A DNA stretch of 64,000 nt from the human T2T-CHM13v2.0 reference genome, Homo sapiens. The notes under the pieces were generated by a model that was given only the letters and a program-made list of their open reading frames with translations, did no database searches and was not told where the DNA came from. Of this stretch, positions 60,519-64,000 are shown in pieces (position 1 is the first letter of the stretch; each line of letters begins with the position of its first letter). Location of the stretch: NCBI RefSeq assembly GCF_009914755.1, contig NC_060925.1; one strand, given 5' to 3'. The position numbers and the translations under genes were made by a program.

Positions 60519-61770
60519 GTGAGTGTGTGGCCATGCTGTATTCTACCTTCTCCCCACTGGGGAAATGAAGGCAGGAGCCAGGGAGCAGGTCAAAGAGAGC
60601 AGTTGCAGGCAGGAAAATAGGGCAGTGCGGGACATTGCTTGTGGTTCCCACTAGCTCCACCAGTGATACCCTTCACTAACCTTCCCAAAGTTAGGACCTC
60701 TGGTCTCCCCAGCTCGAAGCCCTCTCTGACTGCCCTGCAGGCAGTGGATGCTGTGGGCTTCCAGCTGCTTGCCTGGGTTAGTGATTGCCCAGGAACATCA
60801 ACCACTGATTCTGAAAAGGCTTCTGAGGTCTGCTGTCCCTCAGTGGGATGCCTCCTCTGGGAAGCTAGCCCAGGCGGCCTGCTGTGTCCAGATGTTGCAT
60901 CTAGCTCCTGGACTCTCATATGTGGCGCCAGTCTGGCATCAGAGCCCCACCCAGATTTGGAGGGGAAGCGCTTGCCTAACTCCCAGCCTTCCACACTCAC
61001 TTCCCTGGCTCTTGCCCATACCCTGAGGCTGGGATGGCCTGCTCATCTGGGCCATGAAGGAGCCTGTATCTCATTCTAATCAGACCCATACGTGGTCCAG
61101 CCAGGCAGAATCAGGTTGCTGTCATGGCTGCTGTCCTGCTCAGTGGGAATTTACCATTCCTCTGGCCAGCCAGGCAGGGTGGGGCATCACTGGCTAACGC
61201 CAGCTCCAGGGCCCTGAGCTTGGGGCCTGTGGGCTGTGCCTTCCGCCTCTCTTGCCCCAGCACTACTTCTCCTGTATGTAGTTGCTGTAGCAATCCAAGG
61301 TAGACCAAGAGCCCCAGCATTCTCTGAGGCTTAAAATCCAGAACTGCTGCTCTGGGGCTAAAGAGGGCTTTAAGGGCATCCAGCTCCAACCCCTACAGGT
61401 GTTCAATCCCCAGAGCTTGTCCAGCCTCTGCTTGAATTCCTACCATGACAGGGTGCTCACTGCCTCCAGGGAAGATTATATCCTATATTCTTCTATAGAC
61501 ATCTCTTCCTTAAAACAAATGGGCATTTGTCAGATTTCGTGGGGTGGTAGAAGGAAAGAAGAGACTTCTTGTTCTTCTACAGCCTTCCCCTGGGCATCTG
61601 GAAGGCACTGATCTTCTCCTAGACTTGACTCTGTCTTTCCACGTGTGGTTGGCAGGGATGAAGTTCAAACCCCAATCCACTCAGAAGCTAAGGTCCCCGT
61701 TTTGAAGAAGGCTGAAGGCTGAGTTGAGCTGTAGGTTACCCTGCAATCGTTGGCCTGCTCTCTCTTACAG

Positions 61771-61833
61771 ATTGACAGTCAGATGGAGACCTCGTGCCAA
61801 ATTACATTTGAGTTTGTAGACCAGGAACAGTTG
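61771..61833 (+). CDS. CSF1: CSF1 exon 3 (IDSQMETSCQITFEFVDQEQL)
   Basis: Acceptor CTCTTACAG|, donor |GTGAGT; 63 nt. Confidence 0.98.
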
Positions 61834-63429
61834 GTGAGTGATGGCTTTTTACAAAATCCATGCACCAGCCTGCATGCAACTCCCAGGGTGGGGTGTGTGG
61901 GGGAGCATGAAAGCGGCAGAATGCCTACTGCTGGAAAGGGTGAGAGTGTGAGGATCCATGGGTGCTCAACTCTGGGGTGCCAGGATCCAGGGCTCAAGTC
62001 CCCTGCCATTCCCTTCTCCTGGCCTGATACATAACAAGCGCTCACTAGGTACCAAGCACTTTGCTAATGTAGTTCTGACAGTACCACTATGTGGTACACA
62101 AATACAGTTTATTATCCACAGAGAGGTGAAAGGAGCATAGCTAGTAGGTGCTAGAGGCCTGATTTGAATCCAGGAAGGTTGGCTGTAGGGCTTGAGGCAA
62201 ATCAATACTTCTTCCAGGTCACAAGCTTTGCTTAAGGATGTCACTTCTCTTCACCAGGCCAACCAGCAGGCAGGTAGGCAGTCCAGCCCTTCCTGGACTT
62301 GCCCCACACCCAACCAGCCACCAAGTGCTGCTGGTTCTGCCTCTCAGCATCTCTGGGTTCTGTCTCCTCCATCCCCACCTTCACCCCTCAATCAGTTGCT
62401 TGGACAATTTCAAGAGCCTCCTAACTGGTGTCTCCCTGCTTTCTAGTTCACTCCTCATCTTACCACTGGGGGAAATTTTCTGAAACGCCAACCTGCTGCC
62501 TTTACCTCCTTCTCCCAAAAACATCAGGGCCCCCATCACTCCAGAAGAAAGCCAAGGTTGTCTAGTCTGGGTTACACCAGGTCTAGCCATTCTCCACCAC
62601 ACAAGCCTCTATACCACCTCCCCATTCCCTGCTTCTTCCTGCCTCCCATCTTTGCACAAGCTCTTTCCAATGACTGTCATGCCTTTCCACCTGCCCCCCA
62701 ATCATTATTCCACATCTATTCATCTTTATGCCTCATGCAAAACTGCCTTGATACCCAGAAGTTGCCCCTGTTTCTGAGCTTCCACACACCTGACCCATAT
62801 GCACCTCTGTTAGGACTAGAGATCACCTCATGGTCCAAAGAATAGCCTCAGTATTTTATGCACTCACTCGCTTGCTCTAGCACTCATGCCTGAACTAGCA
62901 TTTGCTAGGAACCTACTGGACTAGATGCTGGGGGTAGAGAGCTAAAGCAGAGTGGGTCTTCAAGGCAACTACCATCTCTTTAGGGAGACAAAACACAGAG
63001 GTTATTCTTTGGACCATGAGATAGTCTTCAGCACCCCTATGTCCTGGAGGATTTGAAGGGGCCATATGGTAAAAGATATTTGTGAAAGCAAGACAAGAGG
63101 AAGACAGAAAGAAAGGCAGGGGAAGGTTCCCTGGAGCCCACCTTCCCTATATACATCCATCGTGATTAAAGCCTCATATTCCAGAAACCCAGAGAACTCT
63201 CTAATCAGAATCCACATTTCCTTCACTCTAGCCCAGTCTCCAGTGGCGCTAGATCCCAAAGAGAGAGAAAGACAGGCAAGCTGAGGGCGGCATTCTCCTA
63301 GTTGCTGGCATGGTGTGGTCCCTCCCCTGGGGGAAGGGGGAGAGCAAGCTGCAACCCTCCATCTGCCTGGGGTTGGGGGTTCCCAGGCCACAATGGCCAG
63401 GCCATAAGCTCCAGGTTCCTGTTTTTCAG

Positions 63430-63600
63430 AAAGATCCAGTGTGCTACCTTAAGAAGGCATTTCTCCTGGTACAAGACATAATGGAGGACACCATGCGCTT
63501 CAGAGATAACACCCCCAATGCCATCGCCATTGTGCAGCTGCAGGAACTCTCTTTGAGGCTGAAGAGCTGCTTCACCAAGGATTATGAAGAGCATGACAAG
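63430..63600 (+). CDS. CSF1: CSF1 exon 4 (KDPVCYLKKAFLLVQDIMEDTMRFRDNTPNAIAIVQLQELSLRLKSCFTKDYEEHDK); gene continues past window
   Basis: Acceptor TTTTTCAG|, donor |GTAGGA; 171 nt; helical cytokine domain. Confidence 0.98.
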
Positions 63601-64000
63601 GTAGGAAGCCCTGAGGCCTGGAGCACTGAGTGAGGGCAGAGGGTGGCTGTGGAGGCGCCGCTCTATCCACAGGCACAGAGTACATTCGCTCACCTCGCCT
63701 CACGCCATTGCTTGCTCACTCTCATTTATTTGTCATCCCACCAACCTTTACCAGGCAGGAGGCAGGAGGGATCATGCTGGGCCCTGACAATGTCATCATG
63801 AGCAACAAATACATGGTCCCACCCCATGCAGCTTATAGTCAAGTGAGCTTGGCAGCTGTTAAACAAACCATGACACCAGTAAATAGAATTACAAACTATA
63901 AGGACTGTTCATTCCAACAGCAAGCAGTTATTGTGTGTCTGTTGTGTACCAGACACTGTTCTAGACACCAGGAAACAGCTGTGATGAAAACAGACAAAAA

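Overview
Human (primate) genomic DNA: about 57 kb of upstream sequence plus the promoter and coding exons 1-4 of CSF1 (macrophage colony-stimulating factor, + strand). The gene is recognised from its translated exons and GT-AG boundaries and continues past the window end. The upstream region is a transposon mosaic: the 5' half of a defective HERV-W (LTR17/HERV17) provirus on the minus strand inserted into ORF1 of an internally deleted L1PA element, a MER41-family LTR, several MaLR/ERV1 LTRs, 14 Alus plus one free monomer, MER53/MER58/MER5 DNA-transposon relics, and many MIR/L2 fragments. No other protein-coding gene is supported; almost all listed ORFs are repeat-derived or chance. I found no new gene system. 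The best leads are regulatory or structural: a MER41 LTR with intact tandem STAT1 (GAS) sites, a locally templated chimeric insertion in a four-layer nest, an NF-kB/ETS cluster at -18 kb, and a short duplication that doubles a STAT motif. Repeat subfamily names come from my recall of consensus sequences and need RepeatMasker/Dfam confirmation.
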